From Octopus vulgaris (Eukaryota): a stretch of DNA of 64,000 nucleotides. Made by a program: the position numbers and the translations under genes. Of the stretch, positions 12,176 to 24,945 are shown one piece after another (position 1 is the first letter of the stretch; each line of letters starts with the position of its first letter). The stretch is taken from positions 43,958,001 to 44,022,000 of the forward strand of contig OX597838.1 of the NCBI GenBank assembly GCA_951406725.2, read 5' to 3'. The notes under the pieces are model-generated. The model ran no database searches. It saw only the letters and a program-made list of their open reading frames with translations, and was not told where the DNA came from.

Positions 12176-13405
12176 GTTATAAAGAAAAAATTATCCATGA
12201 AATACATTTCCCATTTACACCAGACAAGCGTAATTCTGTAACAGGCTGGAGCAACTTGTATAATTAAACAGGTTCATTAAACAAAATTGCTGTTGATGAA
12301 TCGTTGATACGAAATGGAAAACTCTCGGTTTGTTGACGAGTCTACTACCAACTGGTGTGGTTATTCGATCATTATATTATATCGCTAACGAACAAAAAAT
12401 ACCTTCAGACATCGAGGTGACCTTTGGGAACCGGCGTTTATCTTCGGTTACATGGTTTACATGGTTTGAATTGAATGAGGGATAAAGTTCCTTCGGCTAA
12501 GAGGACGTTAATCAGAAGTCTGATTTTATCTGGTTAATCTGTTTCTTAAACCTGTTCTTGACACATTAGCGAACTTTAAGCTAAAACTTTGTCGAGAAAT
12601 ACAATGAAACGCCTTCAGCGAATTTGAACTCGTGATCAACGAACAGATAATGAAATACATTATCCGTTTGGTCATTTTTCTTCCATTATTGTATGAAGTA
12701 GGTTATGGAAAAAAATCTTTTCATGGTATAACCTCTCTTAGCAAGACACATTGAATACGCCTTCCCTTTGGTATAATTTTTATAATGAACTGTAACATCT
12801 CATGTTTTTATTAAATTAGCCACCATTTATAACACTCATAAATGTTCAATATATGAGACAGTGTATTTGATAACGATGTGCCAAGAGCATCGAACAAACA
12901 TCACTCGAAATCGTTTCAAGTCAGAACGTAAGAGATTATTAAAATTTATAAAAGATTTCAGAAGTTATTAACTTTATCAAAAGATGTTTTCAAATTTCAT
13001 ATCAACGTTTCCTTCACATCTATTTCCAGCTTCTCCTTCCAGAGATGTGTACAGCTCTGTCATCGTCTTTTGTGATTGGTGGATGATGCTTGTACGGTGC
13101 ATCTGTTTTCTCTCGCTGCGGGAATGGTTGTTTTTTTTTAGTTTAGCGTGTATTATATTTGATGTGTTGAAAATACGTAATGTGAGCTGTTGCATAATTA
13201 TATTATTATTCTATTTTTTGTATATTTAAGGAGGCAAGGCGTCAGAATGGTTAGCACGGTGGACAAAGTGCTTAGCGCTGTTTCCTCCGGATTTAGGTTC
13301 TGAGTTAAATGACGCTAAGATCGACTTTGCTTTTCAAGGTCGATAACATAAGAACCAGATGAGCCATGCGGTCGATATAATCGACTACCATAACTCCGAA
13401 AATTT

Positions 13406-13464
<59 letters not shown>

Positions 13465-13467
<3 letters not shown>

Positions 13468-15230
13468 TAGTTTTATTTTCATAGCGTGCTTTCACTTCAC
13501 TACCGAGCGCAGCTCTGTGTGCCTTAGGTATGTGCTGTGGTTTGTTGTGATGCTCTGATGGTTATTGTATGGAAAGTGTTCTGCGTAGGATGTGTGCAGT
13601 GCCTAGTAGTGCAATTTTCTGTTTGTTATATGTGTTTGTAAGTCCTGGTGTTTTTGTTATGTATTTGTCTGAATATTTTTTTATCATGCCTAATGCACCT
13701 ACTATGATAGGAATTGTTTCTGTTTTCAGATTCCACATTCTAGTTACCTCTATTTCCAGGTCTTTGTATTTTGAGAGTTTCTCCATTTCTTTTAGAGACA
13801 CGTTGTCATCTGCCGGTATTGATACATCAATTAGAAAGCATTTTTTTTCTTCATGATCTCTGACAACTATATCTGGTCTGTTGGCCTTAATTTCTCTATC
13901 TGTGTGTATCGGCATATCCCAGAGTATGGTTGCTTTCTCGTTTTCTGTGACCTTTTCTGGTGTGTGTCTATACCATCTTTTTTCTGTTGTTATTCCATAA
14001 TGTTGGCATAGCTTCCAATGTATGTAGGTTCCAACTCTGTCATGTCTGTGAATATATTCCTTCTTAGCCAGGACTGGGCAGCTAGAGATAATATGATTTA
14101 TTGTTTCTTGTCCATCTCCACATATTCTGCAGTTACTTGTAATATTTCTTTTCATTACATGTTTTTGGTAATTTCTGGTGGGGAGGCTTTGGTCTTGTGC
14201 TGCAATTAAAAATCCCTCTGTTTCTGCTTTGAGTCCTGAGCTTCTCAACCATTGCTGGGATTTTTCTTTGTCTATTTCTTTTGCATTTAGTTTAGTCCAG
14301 TATTTACCATGAAGGGGCTTTTCTTGCCATCGTTTTATCATGGCTCGTTGCTGTTCTATTTTTAGTTTGGATTTCATTTGTTTTATAGCTTTTGTTGTTT
14401 CTTTATCATCTTCTTCTTCTTCTTTGTGTTTATTAGGTGGTATGATTTTCCTGTTTGTATTTGTCAGCTTCCTTAAATACTGAGAACAGTTTTTTGTTTT
14501 GCTCGTGTTTTGCTGCTATCTGGATCAGTTTTCCTTCCTTCTGAAGTAGGTATTTTTGCAGTCCTATGGTGGTTATTTTATAGTAGTTTTCCAGCTGTAT
14601 AAGGCCTTACCACCTTCTATACGTTGTATATATAGTCTTTCTATGTCAGATTTTGGGTGATGCATCCTAGATCCTGTCAGTATTTTTCTTGTTTTCCTAT
14701 CTATTTTGGACAGTTCATTTCGTGTCCAGTTAAGGATATTGTAGCTGTAACTTATAACTGGGACAGCTAAAGTGTTGATACCTATTATCTTGTTTTTAGC
14801 ATTGAGCTCTGTTTTTAGTATTGATCTAACTCGTCTATAATATTCTTTTTTTATTTTCTCTTTCATTTGTGTGTGTTGTGTCTTATCTAGTTCATGGATT
14901 CCTAAGTATTTGTAAGTTTGGCTTTGGTCTAATTCTTTTATTTCATTGGTTTTATCTAGTGTGATGTTGTTACTCTTTACTAGTTTTCCTCTTTTCATGG
15001 TTACTTTGGCGCATTTTTCTAATCCAAATTTCATATCTATTTCTTTGGTAAATCCATGAACTGTCGTTAATAGTGTTTCCAGCTGTTTGTCATTTGCAGC
15101 GTATAGTTTTAGGTCATCCATATATAAAAGGTGGCTGATCGTTTTGCCGTAACATTTATATCCGCATCCAGTTCTATTTAGCATATCAGATAGAGGTGAC
15201 AGTGCCAAGCAGAAAAGGAGTGGAGAGAGC

Positions 15231-15231
<1 letters not shown>
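13465..15231 (-). mobile_element. 5'-truncated R4/Dong-clade non-LTR retrotransposon (RT C-terminal half, CCHC finger, restriction-like endonuclease), frameshifted
   Basis: ORF 14573-15367: LSPLLFCLAL..SHLLYMDDLKLYA..YKYLG. ORF 13562-14377: CRIC..ETINHIISSC, RHD, RPDIV..LIDV..EKLSKY. Both flanks are (TTA)n, the known Dong target. Confidence 0.93.
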
Positions 15232-15299
<68 letters not shown>

Positions 15300-15946
15300 T
15301 TTAGTAATCGGAGAAATGAGTGAAATATTAATATCCCCGAGTTAATATTGTGTTTCATCCCTGTCAATTATGAATTAAAATCACGTTGGATTCGATATTA
15401 ACTTTCATCCTTTTCAAGGTCGATAAAATAAATATATAGATAAAGTCACCTACTGATGCAAATTCACACGATCGCTCGTCGCCACATTGTGGCCTCTGTA
15501 AATCCATAGCTTTGAGCCAACGTAAGGTATCCATATCGATATCGATTAAAGATCATAAGCTAGTTAATGACATAAAGAATGTAAACACCTGTAAGTGATT
15601 ATCTCTGTATATAAAGTTAATATTGTACGTAAGTACTTCTAAATAAACCTGATCTAGAGATACTCTCTTCTGTGTAAAGGACACGTTCAGAGTCAGTAAT
15701 GCTAGAAAATGTCATAATAAATCTATATATGTAACGTAGGTGCATTGCAGTTTATTGTAGAAAATATCGATTTCGTTGTTAGAAGCCCATAAATGTGAAG
15801 GGGCAAATATTAACTGCATCGATCACTGTTTCAGCTGTTCAACAAAACCACCAACTTCGCAAGATATACCTAGGTACAGAAGTACATAAACCTACCTTAT
15901 GGCTAAACATCAATCACATTTAATCTCGTATGGATCCGAGCCTCAC

Positions 15947-16012
15947 TGTCGCTACTGCACACAAATCCTGAGAAAATCTGCAGAGACGATGAGCCATGAA
16001 ACCCTTGAATGT
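15947..16012 (+). pseudogene. Decayed CCHC zinc-knuckle, typical of the C-terminus of a non-LTR retrotransposon ORF2
   Basis: Translates as CRYCTQILRKSAETMSHETLEC (C-x2-C...ET-x2-H-x4-C), with in-frame stops nearby. Confidence 0.45.
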
Positions 16013-17002
16013 TGATAACTAAAATTTATACATTTAAATTAAAATTGTTCCTTTTCACCAGGAATAAATTATTACGAGTTTAAACACTTTACTTGCTCTA
16101 TGTATCGCTATATACAGGATATATTTCCCTGGTGTCCATGGATAATATATGAAAAACATTTCTAGGTTTATTCAAATACCAGAATAACTTTGGTCTAATG
16201 AAAGGAAATCTTCATATTACTCAGAAAGTATGAAACAAGAGTTAACTAAAAGTCGGATAATAAGCAAGAAAATCATGAAAATGTTTTAAACAGAGAAAAG
16301 GATAAAGGAGATAAAACTGGGAGTAAGTGGTATTAACAAGTTTACTGAAGGACATTTTGAATGTAAACTGAAAAGTCTTGGCTGTTCTGTTTGATAATTG
16401 AAACAGCATTAACGTCTGCTTCTTACTTTCTAGTCAACGGGGACGCCTGTAAGCAACTGAGTAACCAGCAAGAAGTAGAAGCGGAATTTCCTTTAAGCAA
16501 CACCCTAGGTCCTTGAATAAAATGGAGGACACATTAAATAATGTAGCTATATATATCTCTAAATAGACGTGTTGATCACGGTTGGAATACCTTTGATCAT
16601 AAGTCTGCTCAATTAAAGTCGACGCGGGGTTGATCAATTACGACAACCACCAAAATAAAGCGAAAAAAAGTAACAAAAACGAAACAACTACTTGCACTTT
16701 GATGTACCCAGCATATACATTCTGTGAATAAGATGTAAGCATATGGGATGAGAATGAACGTGCGGAAGTTGAGAGTAAAATATTGTTTCTATTTTCATGT
16801 GATTTTACTTTACTTCCGGTGTTAAAGCTATTAATAAATTTGAGAACATTATATATTTCTTTACTACCCACAAGGGGCTAAACACAGAGGGGAATTTGAG
16901 AACATTATATAAAGGGATTTATTTTTTTATCTGTCACTTGTTTCAAGTCATTGGACTACAAGGGTTTTAGTGGAGAAAATAGACTTCAGTACTTATATGT
17001 AT

Positions 17003-17049
<47 letters not shown>

Positions 17050-17186
17050 GTGTGTGTGTATCTCATATATATATATATATATAGCTTATATATATATATG
17101 TATATATATACATATGTATATATATATGTTTGTGTATATATATATATGTATATATATATATATGTATATATATATAATTATTATTT

Positions 17187-17606
17187 GAGGGAATAAAATC
17201 CAAACTTACAAGGAAAAAGAATTCAATTTAGAAATACTAAATCAAGTTCCACACAATAAAATATATATAAAATATTAGAAAAAACCCACCTTTTATCAAT
17301 TCAAAATGAATAATTAAATTACACCATCTAGAAAATTACATATGAATTCTTTTTCCTTGTAAGTTTGGATTTTATTCCCTCAAATAATAATAATTATTAT
17401 ATTTATAACTAACGTTTCTGAGATATTTGGCCTCAATATTGTCGGTTATGGAACTTACAGGTAAAATTGGACCACTCTTTTGGAATTCATCATTGAGGGA
17501 TATTCCTATACCATCTAGAAAATAATATCTTTTATTATATGTACTTTTCTAGATGGTGTAATTTAATAATTCATTTTGAATTGATAAAAAGTGTTTTTTT
17601 CTAATA
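17187..17606. repeat. Interleaved inverted repeats of a non-coding repeat tail
   Basis: 17177-17225 vs 17345-17390, and 17275-17336 vs 17545-17606, are reverse complements. Confidence 0.75.
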
Positions 17607-18596
17607 TCTCTCTCTATATAAACGGCAGTTTGTCTGTCTGTGTGTCTGTCAGGTTGTATCCTCACCCTGACCACGGCTTTCAACCGATTCTGATGAAACT
17701 TGACACACACATAGCCCAATGTCATAATTCAAAACTAACGCAGCGAAAATTTTGAAAAGTTTCTCCAGTTCTGAAATCTTTCTCTATATAAACGGCAGTT
17801 TGTCTGTCTGTGTGTCTGTCAGGTTGTACCCTCACCCTAACTACCGCTTTCAACCGATTCTGATGAAACTTGACACACACATAGCCCAATGTCATAATTC
17901 AAAACTAACGCAGCGAAAATTTTGAAAAGTTCCCTCAGTTCTGAAAAAAATCGATAAATTTGACATGGGGTCGAGAATCTAAACTTTTTATATGCAACAC
18001 ATTTTCTGTTGTAGTTTTCGCAACTTGCAATCGATTTTCACCAAACTCATGGTGAAGCTTAATGTTACCCTAAGGAACTTAATTCTGACGTTAGTTTTCC
18101 ATGCATCAGAAAAAATCGATAATATCATGCCATTTTGGGAAATCGCGTTCAAATTCAAGATGATATATTTTCGACGATATCTTTCACAAATTTGCAGGAA
18201 TTCTTTTTGAAATTCACAGCGAGCATCATGTCTGCCCCAAGGAGCTATATGGCCCTTTTGATTCCAATAGGATACGTTATTACAGGAAAAACTCGGTTAA
18301 TTACATCATATGTGGCACACATAGCAAACCGATTTGTGTATTAAACACAAACCACAGACTGTCTAGGGGACGCAACTCGACCTTTTTAACTCTCTTTGGA
18401 GGCGCAATGATGTTTTCATGTTTTCGCCCAAAGGGACACCTAGGAACATCGTATACACAGAAGTATTCGAGTGAAGAGAAGACATTGCAGCCTACACATG
18501 CGCCTTCGTTCCCTAGGGGGAAAGGACTAGATTGGGATAAGTCGTTGCCTACTAGGGGCTCTTACATACCCGGGCAACGCCGGGCTATGCTACTAG
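17607..18596 (+). mobile_element. Non-autonomous Helitron with a tandemly duplicated 5' end
   Basis: Starts A|TC. 3' hairpin CCCGGGCAACGCCGGG (18569-18584), then CTAG (18593-18596). 17607-17776 is repeated at 17777-17945. Confidence 0.85.
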
Positions 18597-18609
18597 CGTT
18601 ATATATATA

Positions 18610-18645
<36 letters not shown>

Positions 18646-18693
18646 TATATATACATATATATATACATACATACATACACACACACACATACA

Positions 18694-18737
<44 letters not shown>

Positions 18738-18879
18738 AATGTTAAAGCCTGGTATGTTATTTCCTCTTTTAGGCTAAACCGCTAAGTTTCGGACAGAAAC
18801 AAAATATCATTTGCAATATTTGTTTAAATATTCTGTGTCGTCATTTGATGTTTGTTGTCATTTTGGTTTTCCTTTTTGG

Positions 18880-19430
18880 AACAAGGCCAGCAATTTCGGG
18901 GCTGGAACTAAGTCGATTACATAGATCCCAGTGTTCAACTAACACTTGTTTTATCGACTCCAAAACGATGAAATGCAAAGTTGACCTCGGCGGAATTTGA
19001 ACTCAGAACGTAGCGGCAGGCGAAATACCAATATCTTTACTACCCACAAGGGACTAAATACAGAGAGGACAAACAAGGACAGAAAACGGAATAAGTCGTT
19101 TATATCGACCCCAGTGCGTAACTGGTACTTATTTAATCGACCCCAAAAGGATGAAAAGCAAAGTTGACCTCGGCGGAATTTGAACTCAGAACGTAGCGGC
19201 AGGCGAAATACCAATATCTTTACTACCCACAAGGGACTAAATACAGAGAGGACAAACAAGGACAGACAAACGGAATAAGTCGATTATATCGACCCCAGTG
19301 CGTAACTGGTACTTATTTAATTGATCCCGAAAGGCTGAAATGCAAAGTCGACTTCGGCGGAATTTGAACTCAGAAATACCGCTAAGCATTTCGCCCGGAC
19401 TGCTAAAGATTCTTACAGCTTGTCGCCTTG
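18880..19430 (-). repeat. Tandem triplication of a family-B SINE segment (period 183-184 bp)
   Basis: G(A/C)TGAAA..GCAAAGT(T/C)GAC..CGGCGGAATTTGAACTCAGAA at 18967, 19150 and 19334. Confidence 0.85.
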
Positions 19431-19983
19431 GTGTTTGTTGTAATATCATAATTACGTTCTTCTCTTGTTGATCCTAATTCTACCCAATTAAAAAATTCTG
19501 ATGGAGAACAATCATCCAATCTAAATCTTTGGAAAAGTGCAATCAAATATTTCCTGGAAATTAATGATTTTTCACTAACAACAATATACCTTTTTTCCAC
19601 ATGTTTCGACTATGTTACAAAAAAATTCAATTCCTTGTCGAATCAGTAATATGCATAATAATGATAGTTGCCAAAAAATCGTTAATGCAATAGAATCCAT
19701 CATTTATTTGGAATCCAACTTCTTTTCCAGTCTTCCATGTCTCACAAATGATCGGATATTTCTACTCATCTATTTTAAATTATATTTTACTGATTCTATC
19801 AAAATCTATAACACGAATTTCTGTTGTCGATCCATTTCGCATGTTTACAACAATTGTACGAGAATTCGATTAAAAGTCTTGTTTCCTTTGTTTTCATAGC
19901 AAATAAAGCTTAAGTAAACCTATTTTGCGACCCTACATTCGATAACAGATTACATTTACCATTGAGAAGAAGAAAATATAATC

Positions 19984-20020
<37 letters not shown>

Positions 20021-21280
20021 TAATCAGCCGAAATTGCGAGGATGATCCGGTTCCTTACTGAAGATTAGAGGCTTCGAATGACCCGTCCGTTTTTTGTGTC
20101 GTCTCTTTGTGTGTTTTGCGTTCTTGTCCCATTTTGCATTTTTATATATAATTTTTATACATATATATATATATATACATTTCATTGTGTGTGATTTATT
20201 TACTCAATGTGAAAAGTAAATTTGCGAATAAGAAAAATGTTTTTTTTCCATATATTTAGGCGCAAGCGAGACTATGTGGTAAGAAAGTAGCTTCCAAACC
20301 ACACGGTTCTGGTTTCAGTTCCACTGCGTGGTACTTTGGTCTGATGTCTTTTACAATGGCGCGAGGCCGACCAAAACCTTATAAGTAGATTTGGTTGAGG
20401 GAAACTGAAAGAAGCTTGCCGTACATATATATAAAATATAAAATTTCATGCAGCAAAACATTGATTAACTTTCATTTAAATTCATAAAAAAGCAAATAGA
20501 ATTACCTTCACTAAATCAAACGACAGAATTATTTGTAATAATTTTTCCCAGCAGATTTCTCTTCAGTTGACAGCAAAACGATAGAAACCATTTATTTTTA
20601 AATGTATTTTCACAAACAGTATGTTCGAGCCTGTGCGAATCGAATCCAGTTCCTTATTGATTGCAACTCATTTTTTCTCTTATTATAACAAATTTTTTTG
20701 AAAGTGAAACAGCAACAACGGCAACAGAACAACAATTATAATGTAGAGAAGTATAACGGAGTACTAAATAATTTATTATTAAGTAATGGACACATTTCAC
20801 ATCCCTGGTTGCAGGTTATCCTCAGGTCAGTTCTGTTCAAAAGTGATCTATGATAAAAATGTATTCTAGCTGACACCATCCTACCTGTTTCTTTTGCTGG
20901 CAAAATGCTTCACAGATCACATTATTCTATGCGCCTCTCATTTAAAACAATGAGTTGAGATTTAGTTGTCTTTTCTAACAGGTAGAGACTTATCGTTTGG
21001 ATATATTTCATTCAACTACAACATTTTAGTTTGTATAATAATGATCAGCATATGCCCAAAGTCCACTAAATATCTTGGTTGGCCACGTCGCTAGATTTTG
21101 AACTCTGGTTTAGTAGAACAGCTAGTTTATTCACTAGATATTAGACACTGTATAATAGACAGTACGTAATGATTCAAATCTAAAAATCTTTGTACTTGAA
21201 ATAATCACTACATGTATTTCTCGGCAAAGGGATACAACGTAACACTGATTAAAGTGATTGTAATAGTAATAAGCAAAATA

Positions 21281-22576
21281 CAAGGGATATTCCGGAGGTT
21301 TTCAGACGTTTTCAGAAGGGACTTTTATTGCTTTCAAAGAAATACAAAACTCTAATCTTCAAAGCAGGATCCTCTTACTTCAATGCCCTTGTAGCACTCC
21401 AGCCACTTCATGAAGGCTCCAGAGAAGTCTTTCAAAGTGAAGGTGTCTCGTACTCTTGTACATCATCCTTCATCTTAATGTCCTCAAAAACGACTGGGGA
21501 AAGTCGAATGTCAAAGGGAGCAAAGTGTGGACTGTCGGGAGGCTGAGGGACTATTTTGAAGCTCACCTCTGTCAAGTAGTCGGTTATGAGTACGGAATAG
21601 TGAACTGGTGCTTTGTCCTGATGCAGGCGTCACCGATACTTGTAGACGAGCTCTGATCTCTTGCGACGAAATTTCTTCCTGAATTCCCTCAAAATCTCCT
21701 CAAAGTATGCTTTGTTAACTGTTTAGCTAGAGGAAACCCAGCAGGTGTAAATGATGCCCTAGCTGTTGAAAAAGGGAATCATCATGAACTTCCTGGATGA
21801 CTTGCTCTAGTTGGCCTTCTTGGCTCTGGGGGTTCCAGGGTTCATCTATTTGTCACTCTGCTTCTTGGTCTCTGGATCATGACAGTCGATCCATCTTTCC
21901 ACAGTTCACCAGCGACTCGAGTACTCTTGCAGTGGAGGTAACTGACTCCATCAACTCCCGACTGTCACCAACGCCTATTTCCTTCCATTCGTCACTGAGC
22001 ACCCAGGGAACAAACTTTGCACAAATGCTTCGCTTGATCAGATCTTCATGAATGATTCCCTCTACATTTGTTACACCAAATGAAAACTGCTCATTATCTT
22101 TGAAACACACGACGGCTTTCATCCAGAAAATAGCGAATTTTGTCGATAAGCTTTGATATTCTCAGATCCCTTTCCCGCCCACATTTCTCATTGTCTCTCT
22201 CCCCTTCTTTACCGCCATTGAACCTCTTTCACTGGCGAAAAACAGATGCTCAGCTCATATGGATTAATCCGGAGTCCTTCATGTGTTTCTGATTCGTTTC
22301 TGCCTAGTTTAACACAAAACATTATTGCTTAGGAAGCTTTCAAATCGTCTTCGCTTCCCGACTGTATTTGGCAAACTAATAAGCAGACAAGAAGGATTTA
22401 GTTGCGTTTGTTCAAAGTGCTATTAAAGCCATCTCCTTCAATCTGGAGTAATAACAGTTGATAGGTCAGTTTATTAGATGTATAGTAATGATGTACTGAA
22501 ATTACAATAATCTAGGTCTAGGACAATTATAACTGTCTTTCCTAAAAATCTTTCAAACCTTCTGAAATGCGTCTCA
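21281..22576 (-). mobile_element. Decayed near-full-length mariner transposon
   Basis: Minus-strand remnants ICAKFVPWVLSDE, DPETKKQS and a SPDSPH (YSPDL-like) region. Degenerate TIRs TA|CAAGGGATATTCCGGAGGTTT and AAACCTTCTGAAATGCGTCTCA|TA. Confidence 0.75.
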
Positions 22577-23764
22577 TAATTGAACATTCTAGAACAAAGA
22601 GATGATCATCCTGTTGCTATTTCTGTAGCATCGGTTGCTGCTAATGTGATTTTTGTTGTTGTTGTTGTAGAGTCTCATACTATCTCCGATCCAGAAGAGC
22701 AATGATTCAAAACCAGAAATGGTCATCTCATATTTTAACCATTTCGCATTTCAACTGGCATTATCTAATCCAAGTATTGTACCTGGTTTATAATACAACC
22801 GACGAGATCCAACCTTTCACAGTAACCTTAAAATGTTATTTTAAAAATAAACAATAAAATTATTGAAGTCTCAAATCTAAGTGAAAATATAAGATTAATT
22901 CAAATGAATGTGAATAAATAAGCCTGTGATGTCTTTGATACAATAATCTGAATGCTAAATGGGTTAAAGATTATTTTTAGTACTACTTTATCTAATGCGT
23001 CTGCACTTTTCCCTTTATACTGATGAGCTATGATTTTGAATATCATTCATCTGCTATTCCCAGACGCTCAAGAGAATCGTTCGTTTGAGTAGGCTGATGT
23101 TATGCAGAGCTGTAAGCCGACACTCAGTCGATTAGGTCAGCTAAAACACAGCGAATGACATTATAACAATCTCGAAATAAATCAAGATGTGTTTTCAGCC
23201 AATACGTATTTGATATTGTATCATGTGATATAACATATCATATGAACTCTCTATGCAGGCATCTTTGTGTGTTCATCCACCCGGACTTGCTAAAACAGCT
23301 ACTGAAGTAGTAGAATTTAATGATGTCGACGGGATTGCTCCTTCCTTTCAAGCGTATGCCCGCTGGACCTTGCTACAAAATAGTATACTGTATATGCGCC
23401 TGATTCAGGCGAAAAAGAAATGCAGTCAAATTAAAGCAACAATAGTTAGTAAAGTGACAGACGACAAGAGAAATCAATTTGGTTAATCAATAATATTCCT
23501 ACGGTGAGGAGCCGAGAATATTAGCTCAGTGGCTTACAAATATTAATGAAATCTGATCTCTGCAAATGTGTGTAGCTATGTATATATTTACTTATATCAA
23601 TCTGTGGGCTGTCGTTGTTTCGGTAATTGACCCTCTTGATATAGTCATTATATGATATATTTGCATATCGCCGAGGAGATGAAGAAGAAAACTAGACATA
23701 TTTCATTTCTATGCTAACGAATGTCGAGTGCATGTGTATGTATGTGTAATATGTATTCATCCAA

Positions 23765-23806
<42 letters not shown>

Positions 23807-23847
23807 ACACACACATACACACACACACATATATATATATATACAGA

Positions 23848-23889
<42 letters not shown>

Positions 23890-24011
23890 GATATACTTGT
23901 ATAGCAAGTGACCTGATCTGAGATCGTGCGCTGGAAAGAAAACAATTGCAGCGTGGAAGGTGTTTATAAGCCATTTAAGAAACACACAAAAACCGTTAAA
24001 TTTAAATTTAA

Positions 24012-24062
24012 TTTGCCAAAATATTTTCGTCACTTTGGGATCGCGACCTGTTCACTGACAAA
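24012..24062 (-). ncRNA. Type-I minimal hammerhead motif, G3-C8 variant
   Basis: Minus strand: helix I TTTGTCA/TGGCAAA (7 bp, one G-U); core GTGAACA; G; helix II GTCGC/GTGAC; GAAA; ATAT; TT. It lies within a repeat at 23905-24075 that is homologous to 2580-2735. Confidence 0.7.
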
Positions 24063-24076
24063 GTCCTGTGCTGTTG

Positions 24077-24132
<56 letters not shown>

Positions 24133-24664
24133 ATGTGTGTATGTGTGTGTGTGTGTGTGTATGTGTGTATGTGTATGTGTGTGTGTACTGTATATATATT
24201 TGTATGTGTATATATATATATATGTACACTGATCCCTCTCTCCCTCTCTGTCTGTCTCTGTCTCTGTCTCTTTCTCTCTATATATATATACACATACACG
24301 TGTGTGTGTGTGTGTGTGTGTGCGTGTGTGTGTGTGTGTGTGTGCGTGCGTGTGTGTGTGTGTGTGTGTTTGTGTAGCCGTATCCTTCAACCGGGAAGAT
24401 CAAATGTTGGCAGGTCAGCTTCTTAGATGTATTAGAATTACAACAACCATCTTGGTGTAGGACTGTTATAACTGTCTCTCCTAAAATGTCTCCAACCTTC
24501 CGGTTTATAAAACAAAACGATGATCCGACTAATCGTATTGCTGTAGCAGCGGCGGCTGCTAATGAGTTTCTTGTTGTCGTTGTTGTAGAGGCACATATCA
24601 TCACCGATTCAGAACAACATCTAGGAACAGGATATGGTCATTTCATATTTTTCCCCTTTCACAT

Positions 24665-24735
24665 GGGCATATGGCGTAGTGGTTAAGAGCACGGGCTACT
24701 AACCCCAAGATTCCGTGTTCGATTCCAGGCAATGA

Positions 24736-24794
<59 letters not shown>

Positions 24795-24945
24795 TCGAAA
24801 AATACCTTAGGAATGAGAACCCAGGTTCGAAATTTCCCCAAGACACCTGATGAAGGCTGGAGGGTATATCATCTGAAATGTTGTGTTAACAACAAATAGG
24901 GTGAGGACAAATATCTGTCAAATGTAAATAATTTAAATAATTTCA
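24665..24945 (+). mobile_element. Solo tRNA-head + (TAA)n + hammerhead module (PLE terminal repeat without ORF)
   Basis: tRNA-like 24665-24739 (TGGCGTAGTGG, GTTCGATTCC, loop CT-ACT-AA), (TAA)n 24741-24792, ATCGAAAAATACC, HHR at 24843-24886 and a TAAATAAT repeat tail. Confidence 0.8.
24843..24886 (+). ncRNA. Minimal type-I hammerhead motif
   Basis: ACAC CTGATGA A GGCTGG-AGGGTATA-TCATCT GAAA TG TT GTGT. Helix I is ACAC/GTGT; helix II has one mismatch. Confidence 0.7.

Noticed and set aside
17691-17700. CTGATGAAAC in the Helitron head (also 17860)
   Set aside because: There is no helix II between CTGATGA and GAAA; a chance match.
23253-23486. Non-repetitive 77-aa ORF with an acceptor-like CTCTCTATGCAG
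   Set aside because: No recognisable domain, donor site or partner exons; it would need RNA-seq evidence.
24665-24739. Functional tRNA-Ser(ACT) gene
   Set aside because: The acceptor, anticodon and T stems have several mismatches, there is no long variable arm, and it is embedded in a repeat. Treated as tRNA-derived; the parent tRNA is uncertain.
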